A DNA stretch of 64,000 bases from Parcubacteria group bacterium (GTDB taxonomy: Bacteria > Patescibacteriota > Minisyncoccia > Moranbacterales > UBA2206): NCBI GenBank assembly GCA_041661275.1, contig JBAZUU010000002.1, positions 137,148-201,147 of the forward strand, given 5' to 3'. The position numbers were made by a program, and so were the translations under genes. Shown here one piece after another: positions 37,349 through 46,457 of this stretch. The notes beneath the pieces were generated by a model. That model was not told the origin of the DNA, ran no database searches, and was given only the letters and a program-made list of their open reading frames with translations. Position 1 is the stretch's first letter. Every line of letters starts with the position of its first letter.

Positions 37349-38851
37349 CTAATACATCAAAACAGCGACAGGCTCCATTTTAGCCACGACATGGGCGATG
37401 CCGTTGGCTTCTACTCCTTCAATCACTTTATCAATGTTTTTATATCGTGCAGAATCTTGGTTTATAACGATTGAGGACTGCGCGTTATACAGTTTTACGC
37501 CCTTGATTTCCATTTTTTCAAACAATTCTTTCTTATTAGTAATAGATTTTTCATTTTGATTAGCGCCTTTGCCGGTTCCGTGCGGAGCGGAAAAGAAACT
37601 TTCCTCATTTCGGTCTGTGCCAACACAAAGATAGGCGTCAGTGCTCATGGAAGAGGGGATGAAAACAGGTTCGCCGGTTTCTCGATAAATCGGATGATGA
37701 GACATTTTGCTTGGACCATATGCGCGAGAGGTGTTGCTGCGGTGCACATATACATCAGATCCAAAATGATTTTCTCCGGATATCGAAATGTGGGGCATGT
37801 CATAGATCAAATCCATTTCCGGATCTTTACCCAAGACTTTTTTTATCGTTTCCGAGATATTATGAGTGATAACGGCACGATTAGCAGTGCCGAAATTAGA
37901 AGCAGCCGCTCGGGCATCCATATACAGCTTCCCATCTTCTCCTTTGGCGTCATATTTCAAAAGTGTCTCGTCTCCGGACATATGTTTTTTTATTCTTTCC
38001 TGCATTTTTCTATAAATATCATTTTTGCGCGTGCTGAAAATTAGTTTTCCCAGATTTACCATGAGGGATTGAGACAGATGTTCACGTTTTTTAGCCGTGT
38101 GGGTGTACATCGTATATTGGCCAAGGATTCCTGATCCGGTGTGAACGAGGAAAAGATATTGGCCTTTTTTGACGCCTAATTTTTCGGCTATCACTGGGTC
38201 AAGAATATCGTTCACTTTCATAAGATCCAAAAAGTGGTTTCCTGCGGCTCCCAAGATTCCCAAGCGGAATTTGGCGAAGAATAAATATAATTTCGGAATA
38301 ACATCAAAAATATTTTTTTTTGTCATTTCGCGAGGGAAAAAATTTCCGCCATTCTGGGTATTTTCTAGCTCATTTTTGGTTTTTATTCCAAGATGTTCAA
38401 TTGCGGCCTGAGTACCTTTCCGGCAAATATCCACTACAACATCAATTGGAACCTTGGTGCCAACAAATTTTTTAGTAGGGACGACTCTGACCAATTTTTT
38501 GAAAAGTTTATCAATTTCTTCTGGGGATAGATTTTCTTCCGTCAGGCTTGTTTTGACTAATCTCATTCCGCAATTTGGATCAGAATCATTAACTTGAGGC
38601 AAAATATAGTTTTCAGAAACAACAGTGGTTCCTGACGCATTTTTCCGTCCAGGTTTTGAGCAAACATCGGGCATAGCTACAAGACTGTGAAAAAGAGTGT
38701 TTTCATTAGAAGCAACATCTTCCAATTTAGAAAAAGTATCATCCTCGGGAAGCAGGTCTTCACTCATAAAGAAAACCGCCGGCACTTTCATTTGGTCAGT
38801 GTTTAGTTCTTTTTTATGGGGGGATATGTTTTTTAATATGTAATTGGGCAT
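37349..38851 (-). CDS. Divergent RtcB-family protein
   Basis: MPD, DPNCGMR, GNHF, HTGS, VHR, SAPHGTG, RYKNIDKVI; start probably 38851 (the upstream ATG lies in a repeat). Confidence 0.85.
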   Translation of the reverse strand: MPNYILKNISPHKKELNTDQMKVPAVFFMSEDLLPEDDTFSKLEDVASNENTLFHSLVAMPDVCSKPGRKNASGTTVVSENYILPQVNDSDPNCGMRLVKTSLTEENLSPEEIDKLFKKLVRVVPTKKFVGTKVPIDVVVDICRKGTQAAIEHLGIKTKNELENTQNGGNFFPREMTKKNIFDVIPKLYLFFAKFRLGILGAAGNHFLDLMKVNDILDPVIAEKLGVKKGQYLFLVHTGSGILGQYTMYTHTAKKREHLSQSLMVNLGKLIFSTRKNDIYRKMQERIKKHMSGDETLLKYDAKGEDGKLYMDARAAASNFGTANRAVITHNISETIKKVLGKDPEMDLIYDMPHISISGENHFGSDVYVHRSNTSRAYGPSKMSHHPIYRETGEPVFIPSSMSTDAYLCVGTDRNEESFFSAPHGTGKGANQNEKSITNKKELFEKMEIKGVKLYNAQSSIVINQDSARYKNIDKVIEGVEANGIAHVVAKMEPVAVLMY

Positions 38852-38860
38852 AATCCATGT

Positions 38861-38939
38861 TGTCATTCCCGCGAAAGCGGGAATCTAGTGTATAAATTTA
38901 ATTTTTAAGATTGGATCCCGGGTCAAGCCCGGGATGACA
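38861..38939. repeat. GTCATTCCCGCGAAAGCGGGAATC palindromic element (RPE/dRS3-like)
   Basis: tgtcattcccgcgaaagcgggaatct...ggatcccgggtcaagcccgggatgaca. Confidence 0.85.
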
Positions 38940-38940
38940 T

Positions 38941-40107
38941 CTAAAGTTTGTCATAAATCTTTCTATAAATCTCCGCAATATTTTTTATATCAAAATTTTC
39001 TTCCGCAAATTTTCTAGCCTCTTTTCCGATACTTGTGCATTTTTCGCTATTCTCATATAGATCCAGTATTGCTTGATAGAGAGCATCGACATCGTCCTGT
39101 GGGATTATAACAGAGTTATGCTCATTGGTCAGTTCCTTGAGGATCGGCAGATCGGAAATAATCACTGGTTTTTCACAGGCCATAGCTTCTGGAACGAATA
39201 GGGGAATGTCGAACTTTCCTTTCATATTTTTTACTGGAAAAAGAACAGCATCGCAAGTATTATTTACCTTGCTCATCCAATCCGGTCCGCGTGACTGAAG
39301 ACTGGCCTGGGCTTCAATTTCATCGGAATATCTGACGATATCTTCAGCTCCAGCTTCTTTTATTATTTTCTTGACCTCGGCTTTTTTCTCAAAATCTTTT
39401 TCGTCTTTCATCCTTCCGGGAAAACAAATAATGATCTTTCTTTTTCTTAGTTCCGTAGAGAATTTTGTTATCAGGGAAACGATATTATCCATTGCTCCCA
39501 GACGGGCATACTCTCCGCCGATGTATTGGAAGACAAAATCATCATCGCTTATGTTGAACAGTTTTTGTATCTCTCTATCTTTAGGTGTTTTTTTATACAG
39601 ATCAAGATCAATTCCTGGGTAAACTCGTTTGATGTTATTAAAGCCGATAGCATTAAGTTTATTCTTAGCATAGTCAGAGTAGGTGATGATAAGATCAGCG
39701 AAAAGAATATCTTTAAAATCTTTGTCTTTGAATAAATCCTCTCGCAATGTCGCGATAGTTTGAATAGTGCGAGCCCTCTTTTTGTTTATAAAAGTCTTAA
39801 ATGAAAAAGCATTGAGCTTGGTCGGGGTAAGCATATAATGAATAACATCAAAATCTTCCCGAAGAATATGACGCAATTTTAATAATCTTATTCGCTGCAT
39901 GTATGTCAACTTGTTAGAGGTGTAAATAGCTTTTTGATGGATGTGTGGCGGGAGATCAGGGAGAAAACCGTTAGTCAGAAGATAGAAATCGTGCATATCG
40001 AGCGTTTTAGCCAGATAATACGCAAAATTCTTGGAAGCTTCATCCCAAGGCGGAGCGATCGGACGTGTGACCAGTAATATTTTTTTTCTTGGATTTTCTT
40101 CGGTCAT
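38941..40107 (-). CDS. GT4 glycosyltransferase
   Basis: PPWDEASKN, PEAMACEKPVI. Confidence 0.85.
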   Translation of the reverse strand: MTEENPRKKILLVTRPIAPPWDEASKNFAYYLAKTLDMHDFYLLTNGFLPDLPPHIHQKAIYTSNKLTYMQRIRLLKLRHILREDFDVIHYMLTPTKLNAFSFKTFINKKRARTIQTIATLREDLFKDKDFKDILFADLIITYSDYAKNKLNAIGFNNIKRVYPGIDLDLYKKTPKDREIQKLFNISDDDFVFQYIGGEYARLGAMDNIVSLITKFSTELRKRKIIICFPGRMKDEKDFEKKAEVKKIIKEAGAEDIVRYSDEIEAQASLQSRGPDWMSKVNNTCDAVLFPVKNMKGKFDIPLFVPEAMACEKPVIISDLPILKELTNEHNSVIIPQDDVDALYQAILDLYENSEKCTSIGKEARKFAEENFDIKNIAEIYRKIYDKL

Positions 40108-40153
40108 ATTTTGGCTTTATTGAGCCAATAGTTTGATTTTAGGCAATCAGCTA

Positions 40154-40182
40154 TTGACAAATTTATAAAATAGGAGTACAAT
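40154..40182 (+). promoter_or_regulatory. Sigma70 promoter opposing the surrounding minus-strand genes
   Basis: TTGACA-N17-TACAAT. Confidence 0.75.
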
Positions 40183-40188
40183 GTATGC

Positions 40189-40284
40189 AATTATTATTCG
40201 GGTCGTTTGTGGAAGCGTTCGAAAGATGGAGTGACGATTCTCCTCCTATAAACTTTCGAAACACACAACCGGCCCATTTTTTTT
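40189..40284 (+). ncRNA. Candidate ~95-nt hairpin small RNA
   Basis: Nested pairs gggtcg/cggccc, ttgtg/cacaa, ttcgaaag/ctttcgaa, ggag/ctcc, then a T-run. Confidence 0.6.
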
Positions 40285-40654
40285 AAAAATTCTTATAAAT
40301 CTCTTTTTTCTCATCACCAGTTGAAACTTCAATGGTGATTTTTTTGTTTTCTAAATTCCTAGAGTTCAACTCTTGGAAATTCCTAGAGCTAAACTCTAGG
40401 AGGCCATCTTTTCTAATATTTTCATCAGCTTCTTTTATTCTTTCTTTGTCAATTAAAATTACATAATGAAAATTAGTTTTGCCACTGTGATTTTCTATGA
40501 CAAAATTCAAGCTATTATCCTTGGGACTGACAAAATAAATAGACCACCAGTTTTTGCCAAAATTTAAAGTTTCAAATTTTGAGCCTACAGAAAGAAGATA
40601 AGCAGAGCTTAGGATGAATAACGCAACTATAAATATTATTAATTTTTTTTGCAT
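40283..40654 (-). CDS. Small exported or membrane-anchored hypothetical protein
   Basis: N-terminal hydrophobic helix; co-oriented with its neighbours. Confidence 0.75.
   Translation of the reverse strand: MQKKLIIFIVALFILSSAYLLSVGSKFETLNFGKNWWSIYFVSPKDNSLNFVIENHSGKTNFHYVILIDKERIKEADENIRKDGLLEFSSRNFQELNSRNLENKKITIEVSTGDEKKEIYKNF
40353..40401. repeat. Tandem pair of hairpins in frame within 40283-40654
   Basis: ttcctagagttcaactcttggaa followed by ttcctagagctaaactctagga; encodes LLEFSSRNFQELNSRN. Confidence 0.7.
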
Positions 40655-40657
40655 AAA

Positions 40658-42649
40658 TTATTTCCTATAATACACAGCAATATCGTTACTCATATAAACC
40701 TGATTGAATTCTGGCAGTTTTTGGAATTGGGGAGCGTCATACATTGGATTAATAACCAAAAAATCAGTTTTAGTGTCTGAAAAACATTGTTTTGCCTCAT
40801 CGGAACCGGGGCTGGAGATCATAACTAGCGTACAAATTTCGCCGCTGCGGCTGCCTTGCGCTTCATAGCGGCTAAAAAATCCACGTGATTGGGGATATTT
40901 ATACCCGCGCATAAAAAACAATTTCATCCAGGAATCGGCAGTGATATAGTTGTGATCTTTGAGGATCTGGTCGTTGGCGTTTGTATTATCGGCCAGATAT
41001 TTTGAAACATCAAAAGTCTGATTGAGTTGGGTGAGTTCCGCTTGTTTTTTGAAAGCTTGGGCGGAGTCATTGAGTCCTGTAACCAAAACAAAAGCTAAAA
41101 GGATGAGAAATGCTGATTTCAGAAGTTTGTCCATCACATACGGTTTTTCGCATAATTTCTTGCCCCAAAGTGTTTCGTATGATTCCGGACGAAAAACAGT
41201 ATAAAAAGCAAAGGCGGAGAGAATGGCCAGGGGATAGCTTAGATAATTTCCAATGCGGCTTGATGGCAAATCAACAAATAGCAAATTAGGAAAAGATGAC
41301 ATAATAAAAAGCATAAAAGTCCAAGAGGCAAGAAGCGCATATCCGAAATTTTTTCTTCGGAAAGTCAAGATCAGTAATAGAAATCCCAAAAATCCAAGTG
41401 CAAGACGCGGCTCACCGACTGTTTGTTTGATGTTGGTGATGGTGAGGCCGACCCGCGTTGATTTTGTGGCTGCTCCGACAGCGGTGTCAACGGCTTTAGT
41501 GTTGACATAAGTCGGAGTAAAGACAAAAAAGAAAAATATGAGGCCAAGGACAAAAATTCCCAAAACTTGCGGCGAAAAAATAATTTTAGCGGATTTTTTG
41601 AGAACAACTTCTACGTCTTTATAGTTAACGATCAAAAATAGGGGAATGAGCAAGAGGAATATGAACAAAAATATAAAAGACGTGAGGTGGTGGGTGTAGA
41701 AAAGGCCAAAGGTGGTGAAGACGGCGAGGGAAAGGAAAGTCTTACTATTTTTAATAAGAGCCCTCTCCTGTCGCGAAGACGCGACATCCTCTCCCAGAAG
41801 GAGAGGAGGATATTGATTTTTCGAATTAAGAAATTCGAAAGTTCTGTAGTAGAAATAAAATGCCAGTGGCATAAGGAAATTACCGAAAATATTTCCCATG
41901 ACACCACCACTGACATATTTGGCTTGGGGGGATGCGACTGCAAAAAGAACGCCCAAAAAAAGTAATGTTAAAATAGCAATTAATTTATTCTTAAAAATTC
42001 GCAAAGTTAAAATGAAAACAGTCAGGATCCCTAGTAAATTTATTAAGAATAAAACAACAACGGGCCAGCCGGTAAGAAAATTTAATCCGGTCAAAATGTT
42101 AATGCTGGCAAACATGGTGTGTTCGCCAATAATGAAATCAGGCATTCCTTCATAACTGGTCAGTTGATGAGTTTCGGCAATAGTTTTGGCCCAATAGAGA
42201 TGATGGCCAAAATCAGTGGCTGTCGGCGCTATGGCGGTGGAAAGATAGGCAGTCTTAATGAAAATGGTCAGAAATAGCAAAAGTAAAATTAATATAAATT
42301 GGTTTTTGGAGAAAGAAAATAATTTATCTTCGGGCTCGTTTTGGACACGGAGTGTCCAATTGGACACTCCGTGTCCAAGGAATTTATAAATGGAAAAACA
42401 AACCGCTGAAAAAAATAAAACTCCTAAAATTATAGATATTCGTGTAATGCCTATATTTAACTTCGAATAAGTAAAAAGAATAAAATCAACAACAATTATA
42501 CTTAGGCCAAAAGAAATAATAAATCTTTCCAATGTGCTTAGTGCTGCGCTTTTTCTAAACACAGCCAAAAGCAAACAAAATCCCGGCAAAAACATCAAAA
42601 ATCCCACGGCCAGGAAAAATAATATTTGGTTTTGGATAATATTAAGCAT
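40658..42649 (-). CDS. Multi-TM membrane protein, GT-C-like
   Basis: LPG...LER...GLS, TDFGHH, YTHH; many TM helices. Confidence 0.75.
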   Translation of the reverse strand: MLNIIQNQILFFLAVGFLMFLPGFCLLLAVFRKSAALSTLERFIISFGLSIIVVDFILFTYSKLNIGITRISIILGVLFFSAVCFSIYKFLGHGVSNWTLRVQNEPEDKLFSFSKNQFILILLLLFLTIFIKTAYLSTAIAPTATDFGHHLYWAKTIAETHQLTSYEGMPDFIIGEHTMFASINILTGLNFLTGWPVVVLFLINLLGILTVFILTLRIFKNKLIAILTLLFLGVLFAVASPQAKYVSGGVMGNIFGNFLMPLAFYFYYRTFEFLNSKNQYPPLLLGEDVASSRQERALIKNSKTFLSLAVFTTFGLFYTHHLTSFIFLFIFLLLIPLFLIVNYKDVEVVLKKSAKIIFSPQVLGIFVLGLIFFFFVFTPTYVNTKAVDTAVGAATKSTRVGLTITNIKQTVGEPRLALGFLGFLLLILTFRRKNFGYALLASWTFMLFIMSSFPNLLFVDLPSSRIGNYLSYPLAILSAFAFYTVFRPESYETLWGKKLCEKPYVMDKLLKSAFLILLAFVLVTGLNDSAQAFKKQAELTQLNQTFDVSKYLADNTNANDQILKDHNYITADSWMKLFFMRGYKYPQSRGFFSRYEAQGSRSGEICTLVMISSPGSDEAKQCFSDTKTDFLVINPMYDAPQFQKLPEFNQVYMSNDIAVYYRK
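41761..41810. repeat. CCCTCTCC-family element in frame within 40658-42649
   Basis: 46/50 identical to intergenic 62525-62574; encodes PPLLLGEDVASSRQER. Confidence 0.9.
42341..42378. repeat. Perfect 38-bp palindrome in frame within 40658-42649
   Basis: ttggacacggagtgtccaa-ttggacactccgtgtccaa; encodes LGHGVSNWTLRVQ. Confidence 0.9.
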
Positions 42650-43760
42650 TGATAGTTTTTTCTATCTCTTCTAAATATTTTTTAGAAATTTTGTCCCAAG
42701 TAAAATTATCCAGCACATATTGCCGGGCTTTTTCACCGAAAGATTTTCTGAATTCATCATCGGCCAGCACTTCATTTATTTTTTTCACCCAGGCATCAGC
42801 ATCTCCCCAGGGAAGCAAAAATCCATTTTCTCCGTCTTTTATAGCGTCTTTTAGACCTTCAATTCCTGAAGCCAGGATAACTCTTTTACAAACAGCACTT
42901 TCAATGGCTGTGATACCAAAACCTTCCATAGACCCAGGGACTTTTATGTTAGGTGAAACTGAAAGGTCACAAGTGTTAAAAATAATATTCATTTCCGATT
43001 GAGGTAAGTTTGGTAATAGTTTAACCCGTTTTTCCAACCCAAGATCCATTACTGCTTTTTCGCATTTCGGAAAATAATTTTCATCACCAGCGGAATTGGG
43101 CATACCGCCGGCACAGACAAGGATATAATTTTCTTGGAGTTTTGACATTATATTTTTAATAAACCATTCCGTTCCTTTATGTGGTGTAAATCTTCCAGCG
43201 CGAAAAATTACTTTTTTTCCTTCAAGGTCTATGCCTAATACTTTTTCAAGATCTTTTTTAGTCGCGTCAGTATGCGTTCTCTCTAAAATGAGTCCATTGG
43301 GAATAAATACGCATTGTTCCCGTGGTATACCGATTTTTACCGCTTGTTCAATGGATTCATTTCCTACCATAAACAATTTATCCATTTTTTTAAGCGCGGG
43401 GATATTCACTTCTCTATAAATTTTTCCAAAAAGTGATTTTTTGTAGGCGAAAGTAATGTCGAGTCCATGGACGATGGAAATATATTTTTTTCGATTGTAG
43501 AAAAATTTCCAAAGCCGACAAATAGGTGTCAAGACGCCGTCTCCTACAAGAACGACATCATAACGCGGGACAATAAAAAATCCTTTAAACATTAGCCAGG
43601 GTAAAAAAACAGGCAAGAACCTTTTGCCACGTTTATTGGCGATGATTTTTGTAGTAGTAATTTTAGTCAGAGCCTGTGCGATTCCGTAATTCTGATTTTC
43701 GATGCCACCAAGCACTGGCGGATAGGCGCGGGATATAAAAAGTATTTTAGGATTCTTCAT
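42642..43760 (-). CDS. GT4 glycosyltransferase
   Basis: YPPVLGGIE, HGLD, HKG, EGFGITAIE. Confidence 0.9.
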   Translation of the reverse strand: MKNPKILFISRAYPPVLGGIENQNYGIAQALTKITTTKIIANKRGKRFLPVFLPWLMFKGFFIVPRYDVVLVGDGVLTPICRLWKFFYNRKKYISIVHGLDITFAYKKSLFGKIYREVNIPALKKMDKLFMVGNESIEQAVKIGIPREQCVFIPNGLILERTHTDATKKDLEKVLGIDLEGKKVIFRAGRFTPHKGTEWFIKNIMSKLQENYILVCAGGMPNSAGDENYFPKCEKAVMDLGLEKRVKLLPNLPQSEMNIIFNTCDLSVSPNIKVPGSMEGFGITAIESAVCKRVILASGIEGLKDAIKDGENGFLLPWGDADAWVKKINEVLADDEFRKSFGEKARQYVLDNFTWDKISKKYLEEIEKTINA

Positions 43761-43769
43761 AATAAACTT

Positions 43770-43792
43770 ACTTAGACATCAAATGTCTAAGT
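43770..43792. repeat. Intergenic GACA-N5-TGTC palindrome
   Basis: acttagacatcaaatgtctaagt; same architecture as the unit at 42341. Confidence 0.65.
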
Positions 43793-43795
43793 GGA

Positions 43796-44779
43796 TTATT
43801 TCTTGTCGTATTTGTCTTTTTTCCATTGGTAGAACTGTTCCTCGGTCAGTTGGCGGTTAGATTTGATCATATCGGCGATGAGGGCGAAGATAAGAAGCTG
43901 AATGCCGAGAAAAATTAGGATGGCTGAAAAAAGAATGTAGTTTATGTAGGGAGTAATCTTAAAACTAATAAAATAGTTGATCAAGAAAATTAGGAAGAAA
44001 ACAAGGCCGATGGAAATCATAAACAATCCCGGCCAACCAAAAAATTTCATGGGACGGACATCTCTGATGGCCTTAAGGATAACTTTAAAGGAATTACTGA
44101 CAAATTTATATATCGACTTGGCCATCTTGGATTTCCGATCATGGTAATAAGTGACAGTTAGCGGAACCCAAATTGGTTTCAAGTTTTTTCCTATAGCATC
44201 GATAATTGTTTCGGCGGTATAGGTGAAATGAGTATTTACTAAATTTAAACGTAGCATGGCTTCGCGGCTATACACTCGGAATCCGCAAGTTAAATCATCG
44301 GTTTTGCAACCCAAAAAGAATCCTATAATATTGGAAGCTAGTCTGTTTCCAAAGTTTTTAATCCAGGGAATATCTTTGGCTTTTTTTTCGCCGAAACGAC
44401 TGGCGACAGATATATCGGTTTGTTTGTTCAGTATTGGCAATAAGAGTTTTGGGATATCATTCGGATTGAATTGTCCATCGGCATCGATGTTTACCATAAT
44501 ATCGGCGCCATTAGCCAGTGAATTTTCCACAGCTTGTTTGAAAGCATAAGCCAGACGACGGTTTGGTTTATATGACACAATCAAATTAACGCCGTGGGCC
44601 TTGGCAATTTCTACGGACCGGTCAGAGGAACCGTCATCTACGATCTGGATCAACTTTTCAGTTATTTTTGATCCATCTTGTGAATAAAATGGAAGATTAA
44701 AACTTTTCTTGATCCTTTCTATGGTTTCGCCCAATTTTTCTTCTTCATTGAAAACGGGCATATTGACTACGAGTTTCAT
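43796..44779 (-). CDS. GT2 glycosyltransferase (polyprenol-phosphate sugar synthase-like)
   Basis: VDDGSSD, IDADGQ, DLTCGFR; two C-terminal TM helices. Confidence 0.9.
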   Translation of the reverse strand: MKLVVNMPVFNEEEKLGETIERIKKSFNLPFYSQDGSKITEKLIQIVDDGSSDRSVEIAKAHGVNLIVSYKPNRRLAYAFKQAVENSLANGADIMVNIDADGQFNPNDIPKLLLPILNKQTDISVASRFGEKKAKDIPWIKNFGNRLASNIIGFFLGCKTDDLTCGFRVYSREAMLRLNLVNTHFTYTAETIIDAIGKNLKPIWVPLTVTYYHDRKSKMAKSIYKFVSNSFKVILKAIRDVRPMKFFGWPGLFMISIGLVFFLIFLINYFISFKITPYINYILFSAILIFLGIQLLIFALIADMIKSNRQLTEEQFYQWKKDKYDKK

Positions 44780-45012
44780 TATCGTTTCTTCTTAATGATT
44801 AGTTGCGGGTCAACGCATTTGAAATCGCATTTAGCGTTATTTGTTCCTTCAGTTACCAGATTTTTTCCACATTCGTTCAGTTTTTGCTCACATCCAGCTT
44901 TACTTTCTTTGAAATAGTTGAGATTTGGTTCATAACCAAAATAGCCCAGGACAAACCAGGCGACTACCAGGAGTCCGGCAAGCCATATTATTGATTTTAT
45001 TAGTGAAAACAT
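44779..45012 (-). CDS. Small membrane-anchored protein with four Cys
   Basis: N-terminal TM helix, four Cys; stop overlaps the GT2 start. Confidence 0.7.
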   Translation of the reverse strand: MFSLIKSIIWLAGLLVVAWFVLGYFGYEPNLNYFKESKAGCEQKLNECGKNLVTEGTNNAKCDFKCVDPQLIIKKKR

Positions 45013-45052
45013 ATGTTGATTTTATGCCCCTAATAAGCCAAAAATTAACAAC

Positions 45053-45078
45053 AAAAGCAGCTTATCCGAGCTGCTTTT
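45053..45078. terminator. Intrinsic terminator
   Basis: aaaagcagct-tatccg-agctgctttt. Confidence 0.75.
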
Positions 45079-45097
45079 ATTATAGCTTAAATTCAAT

Positions 45098-46378
45098 CTA
45101 ACGTCCAATACCTTTGTAGATAACTCCGGACCTTCTAATAGCGTCTTTGTCGAGGCAATTCTTGCCGTCGATCACTACTTTTATGCCATATTTCTTCCAA
45201 GTCTTGGGTTCAATGGATTTGAATTCGTCATGATCAGTGACCAGGATTATGGCTTGTGATTTTTTGAGAATTGATTCCAGTTTTTTCTCGGTGGACTTTT
45301 CCAAGATATGCGGATCGTATGTCAAAACATTGGCGCCATAGTTTTTGGCCAGCTCGATTATTTTTTTAGAAGGTGATTCGCGGATATCATCAACATTAGC
45401 CTTATAGGCAATTCCCAGGATTCCGACTGTTGTTCCTTTCATCGGCATCTTGATCTCATTTAAGGAATCCTGCAATAGTTCCACAGTATAAGCCGGCATA
45501 GAATTATTAATTTCTCTGGCAGTGCGCAAAAATTTATGATCAAAACCATTTTCTTTGGCGCGTTCGATAAGATAATACGGATCAACCGGTATGCAATGGC
45601 CACCAACGCCGCAACTAGGCCAGTGCGGCATAAAAGCAAAAGGTTTATTAGAAGCGCCTTCGATGACATCTTTGACATCAATGCCAAATTTGTCAAAAGA
45701 CTTGGCTAGTTCGTTGACGAAAGCTATGTTAATATCTCGGAAAGAATTTTCCACGATTTTTACTGCTTCGGCCGCTCGGATGGATTTCATCTTGCGAACT
45801 TCTCCAGTCGTTATGCTGGTGTAATAGTCATAAGCCATATCAAGGCCATTTTTATCGAATGACCCGACTACTCGAGGTAAATTAGCCACTGTCCATTTGA
45901 TGTCGCCTGGGTTGACTCGTTCCGGACAATGAGCGATGAACACATCTTTTCCGATCTTACATCCGGCTTTTTTGAATATCGGCGCGATAATCTCTTCTGA
46001 AACTCCGGGATTGACGGTCGATTCAAGAATGACAAGCGCCCCTTTTTTCAAATTTCTAGCGGCTATCTCTGAAGCTGTGATGACCGGAGTGTAGTCTGGA
46101 AAGAATTTTTCATCGACTGGAGTGGGAACGCAAATGAGGATTATATCCGCTTGCTTCAATATTTTTTCGTTTGTCGTCGCCTTTGGTTTAAAGCGAGACA
46201 AATTATCTATCAGATACTTCTCTTCTATCGGACTTTTCCCGGAATTAATGAGATCAACTTTTTTCTTGACATTATCCAATCCATAAACTTTATATCCGAC
46301 TTCGACGCTTCGAACAGCCATCGGCAAACCGACATAACCAAGGCCGATGACGCAGACAGTTTGATTTTTCTTTTCCAT
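45098..46378 (-). CDS. UDP-N-acetylhexosamine dehydrogenase (WecC/WbpA/TviB family)
   Basis: GLGYVGLP, CVPTP, CPERVNPG, GVGGHCIPVDP. Confidence 0.92.
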   Translation of the reverse strand: MEKKNQTVCVIGLGYVGLPMAVRSVEVGYKVYGLDNVKKKVDLINSGKSPIEEKYLIDNLSRFKPKATTNEKILKQADIILICVPTPVDEKFFPDYTPVITASEIAARNLKKGALVILESTVNPGVSEEIIAPIFKKAGCKIGKDVFIAHCPERVNPGDIKWTVANLPRVVGSFDKNGLDMAYDYYTSITTGEVRKMKSIRAAEAVKIVENSFRDINIAFVNELAKSFDKFGIDVKDVIEGASNKPFAFMPHWPSCGVGGHCIPVDPYYLIERAKENGFDHKFLRTAREINNSMPAYTVELLQDSLNEIKMPMKGTTVGILGIAYKANVDDIRESPSKKIIELAKNYGANVLTYDPHILEKSTEKKLESILKKSQAIILVTDHDEFKSIEPKTWKKYGIKVVIDGKNCLDKDAIRRSGVIYKGIGR

Positions 46379-46457
46379 TATATTTCCAGTTAAAAATTAA
46401 TGCCTATCTATTTTAGGTAAGTTTGGAAAAAAAGACAAATTGGTTTAAAATATAGCT

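Noticed and set aside
38852-38866. ORF-track start of the RtcB-like gene (likewise 60267 for DUF2062 and 58046 for the Ada-domain gene)
   Set aside because: These start codons fall inside repeat elements; the downstream ATGs are more plausible.
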